64,000 bases of DNA from Hydrolagus colliei. Lineage: Eukaryota. Shown here piece by piece: positions 61,501 through 64,000 of the stretch. Both the position numbers and the translations under genes were made by a program. The stretch is from assembly GCA_035084275.1 (NCBI GenBank), contig CM068752.1, positions 13,206,001 through 13,270,000 on the forward strand, read 5' to 3'. The notes below the pieces were generated by a model that saw only the letters and a list, made by a program, of their open reading frames with translations, made no database searches and had not been told where the DNA came from. Each line of letters starts with the position of its first letter. The first letter of the stretch is position 1.

Positions 61501-64000
61501 TATGTGAAGCTCTTTGCGACATCTAGATACCTTGGGGAAGTTTTCTTATTCCACACACCTAATAATAATCCCTCAAAAAAGCAATAATAAATTGGTCATT
61601 TCAATCTGCGACTGTTTGGGGGAGACTGCTGTGTGCAATTGGCTGCCATGTTTTGCCCACATATATACAGTCAATTCACTTTATAGTATACTCTGTGCTT
61701 TGAGGCATCTAGCTGACGTGAAAAGGCGCTATATCAAATGCAAGGATTATTATTATTATGCTGATGGTATACACTGAAAACATGTTGGACCTGTTAGGTT
61801 TATAATGTTTGCAATGCATATCAAATGTACTATATCAAATGCAAGGATTATTTCCCCACGTAAACTTCTTGTAAAACTTGCTGTATTCCTAAACCTGTTC
61901 TTTTTGTTTTTTAAGGCCTGGATGAGTCAAATATTTCTGTGAAACCTTCTTTTGCTATTTGTAAATGTGGAACTTGGCCTCTCTGATCTTATTCTTCGGA
62001 AACCCCCATATAACTCACATTATGTTAGAGCAGTATCCCCTGGATGAACTCTAAAATTTTCAGTGAACTAAATGATCCAAAGTAAACCGGTATACAAGCA
62101 AAATCCAGGATGTGGCAGTCATGTTTGGGCGACACCAACATTCAGTCATTGGGGAGGGGTTGGTAATACACAACAAATTTTAAAATGTTTACCTACAGAG
62201 CGAAGAGAACGTGTTTGGGGAATTTTAATCCTCATTCTCTGTATTGGTACGCCTTTTCATTCGAACTCTGTAACTCGTAGAGATTGTTTAATAATGATAT
62301 TGGTTAACTATAAAGTTTTTTTGACAGAGTTGAACATCACTGAGGTAGATGGGTATGTGAGCGAGCAGGTGCTGAACATCAATGCCAGTTTGCCCAGTGT
62401 CCAGAGCAATGAGTGCTATACTGAGAGAGTGGTGGCCAGCTGGGCTGTGTCCTTTGAAAGACTTCTACAGGACCCCATTGGTGTCAAGTATTTCACCGTG
62501 AGTATTGGATGCTGGAGTCCAGCATTGTCATTCTTTGATCTCCAGAAGAGTTCTGTTCATCATTACTGTTACAAGTGCTCTAAATACATCTGTGTGTTGA
62601 GGAGACAAAAACAAGAAAGAGGGAGAGAATGGGTATATGGGAGCAGGGAACCCATTACATCATTATCAGTTACATAATTTTTTGGTTCCATCATTATTAG
62701 TGGTGCTTGATGCGATCCAAAACAAATAAACCCCAAGAGTAACAAGATCTTGCAGCCTCTTTCATTTGAAGTAATATCTCAAAGCACTTGAGAAACCTAA
62801 TTGTGGCAACAAATAGAGAAATTAGAGATTTAACGCTATTGATGAAAGGTTGAAACAATTTTATTTGGTGGTGGGTTGCTTTGGTAAAACCTCCCTTCTC
62901 TTCAAAGTGCAATATTAGAAATTGTGCTAACTATTACAATGACAATAAATTATGGCTAGTTTGGGAAATAAGGAATTTCATGTTGAAACGATTCAGGCAG
63001 GAGCAATTATATGCTAGCAAGGAAATTATATACAAAAACACAATTGCTACGTTTTATAATGAATCTTGTTAAATGGTTTGCAATGCCATCCTGAGGTTAA
63101 AACTGGTCTATTTATTCTCTCTCTCTTTTTCAGGCATTTTTAAACAAAGAATTTAGCGCAGAAAACATCCTGTTCTGGCAGGCCTGTGAGTCCTTCCAGC
63201 AGATCCCAGCAAGTGACTCAAAACAAGTAAGTCTTTATTTGCCTTCACCAAAAGGTTAATTAACGACTGGAACAGGTTATCAGGAAGGGTGGTTGAGGCC
63301 AGACACTGCACTCTTTTTTAAAAAAAAACTTAACGCATTGAGGTGGATAAGGTGAGTGATCTGGAAGTAAGAAATGAGATGGGCCGATAGGCCTTCTTCT
63401 TCCAAACCAATCTTGTGATAAGCGCAATGATTGACTTTTTCCCATTAGATATGATGAAGAGTATGGTGATAAATTAATAATTGCTGCAGCTTGTGTTTAA
63501 TGTGAGCATTCCTAGTTTCCCATGAAGCTGCTGTAATACCTGCTTGGCTAATGTTCACAATGAGCCTAGTACTTGCTCTGACATTGATTGTGTTCACCTT
63601 TGATATTGGTGAACAGATATCTGTTTTGTCAGTTTGAAACCTTTTTTTCCCTTCTGCTTCAAGGATTATTTTCTGGGCTGGATCCATTTAGCGTTGCAAA
63701 ATTTCACACTTTCCCCAGATCAGAACATTTTATTTTGTGTTAGAAATTGGGACAAGTCAGCGTATTACAGCAGGTTTAGTATTACTGAAAGCAGTGGTGA
63801 TTTGACTATTCGTTCAATGTATGTTCTTTCTCTTTCTTACACTCTCTCTCTGTGTAAAGCTTGCAGAGGTAGCACGGGAGATCTTTAACACCTACTTATC
63901 CAGTAGTTCCCTGAGCCCCATCAACATTGACAAGCAAGCTCAGCTGGAGGAGGATGTACTAAACTCACCTACTTCAGACATGTTTAAGGCACAACAACTT
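34532..64000 (+). CDS. RGS14: Regulator of G-protein signalling 14, 5' part; coding exons 34532-34570, 52927-52948, 62328-62497, 63134-63226, 63860->64000
   Basis: Spliced peptide [26 protein letters not shown]...[100 protein letters not shown]. It matches the recalled RGS14 N-terminus ([24 protein letters not shown]; [15 protein letters not shown]; FQQIPASD). All junctions are GT-AG and in phase. Confidence 0.9.
39011..39309 (+). mobile_element. Near full-length tRNA-derived Deu-domain SINE
   Basis: A and B boxes, Deu domain, tail. Confidence 0.85.
42135..44200 (+). mobile_element. Old CR1 RT/3' fragment split by one L2 and three SINE insertions
   Basis: LDF..VFDKVP codons at about 42142, later CR1-like pieces ([11 protein letters not shown]), tail near 44150-44200. 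Confidence 0.7.
42179..42660 (-). mobile_element. L2 LINE 3' fragment
   Basis: [28 protein letters not shown]; (TTG)n tail. Confidence 0.85.
44690..46172. mobile_element. Nested L2 cluster: minus-strand L2 (about 44930-45560) inside plus-strand L2 pieces
   Basis: L2 C-terminal peptides ([13 protein letters not shown]) on both strands; three tails with stem-loop and (TTG)n. Confidence 0.8.
50189..50528 (+). mobile_element. Full-length SINE, subfamily with duplicated head segment
   Basis: caagctggggagac-caagctggggagac duplication; Deu domain; (ATT)n tail. Confidence 0.88.
52927..52948 (+). CDS. RGS14: RGS14 22-nt micro-exon (AMAVSDG+G)
   Basis: tttgttctcttgcag acceptor, GAG|gttagt donor, AVSDGE motif of the R12-family RGS proteins. 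Confidence 0.85.
53270..53589 (-). mobile_element. Full-length tRNA-derived Deu-domain SINE
   Basis: Head, Deu domain and tail in reverse. Further partial copies lie at about 3415, 9230, 10957, 15510, 21320, 22540, 23557, 26300, 28147, 32645, 34960, 36460, 40835, 43256, 43618, 44030, 52505 and 61530. Confidence 0.88.
54705..54894 (-). mobile_element. Short L2 3' fragment nested in a SINE (54590-54960)
   Basis: SINE sequence stops at gtgggtgaaa and resumes at ggcagccaattg. Confidence 0.8.
56265..56620 (+). mobile_element. Older SacSINE1/AmnSINE1-like Deu SINE
   Basis: cttggctcagtggtag head, ggaggtgctgtccttcagatgagacgataaacc...gttcaggtg..attaaagatcc, Deu domain and tail. Related decayed copies lie at about 6960-7360, 8200-8590, 11060-11380, 39430-39830, 40640-41190, 46560-46960, 48950-49340 and 50670-50850. 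Confidence 0.7.
58798..59950 (-). mobile_element. Decayed L2 LINE (RT 3' half plus tail)
   Basis: Reverse complement contains VPQGSV-like codons (agtgttcctcagggctctgtcc) and an L2 tail at 58798-58870. Confidence 0.85.
60813..61425 (-). mobile_element. L2 LINE 3' fragment
   Basis: Closely similar to the 44930-45560 copy; tail stem-loop. Confidence 0.85.
62328..62497 (+). CDS. RGS14: RGS14 exon, start of RGS domain
   Basis: tttttttgacag acceptor, ACC|gtgagt donor, [15 protein letters not shown]. Confidence 0.93.
63134..63226 (+). CDS. RGS14: RGS14 exon, RGS domain ([31 protein letters not shown])
   Basis: tttttcag acceptor, CAA|gtaagt donor, EFSAEN..FW.ACE signature. Confidence 0.95.
63860..64000 (+). 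CDS. RGS14: RGS14 exon, RGS domain, truncated by window
   Basis: taaag acceptor after a CT tract, [15 protein letters not shown]. Confidence 0.92.

Noticed and set aside
62072-62677. 201-aa ORF as a stand-alone gene
   Set aside because: Only 62328-62497 is RGS14 exon; the rest is intron read-through beyond clear splice sites.
1-64000. CRISPR arrays, rRNA or prokaryote-type systems
   Set aside because: The repeats are dispersed retroposon tails, not regularly spaced repeat-spacer units; the window is spliced vertebrate DNA.

Overview
Repeat-rich vertebrate DNA, most likely from a cartilaginous fish (chimaera/shark-like). This is inferred from the Deu-domain SINEs, CR1 and L2 LINEs. Two spliced genes sit head-to-head. 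(1) On the minus strand is an uncharacterised WD40-repeat gene. I reconstructed 12 phase-compatible coding exons, from ATG 20366 to the left window edge (about 538 codons, stop-free), including one GC-AG intron. (2) On the plus strand is the 5' part of RGS14: ATG 34532, a 22-nt micro-exon at 52927, and RGS-domain exons from 62328 to the right edge. The rest is mostly transposable elements: a young 5'-truncated CR1 with an uninterrupted 565-aa RT ORF, decayed and nested CR1 and L2 LINEs, about 30 tRNA-derived Deu-type SINE copies in several subfamilies, an internally deleted Tigger/pogo element and a hAT MITE. Most notable are the WD40 gene, a SINE with both a CORE-like and a Deu domain, a covarying 3' stem-loop shared by four retroposon families, and inverted SINEs around the RGS14 micro-exon. 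No database searches were run. Repeat boundaries are approximate, and exon boundaries were read by hand.
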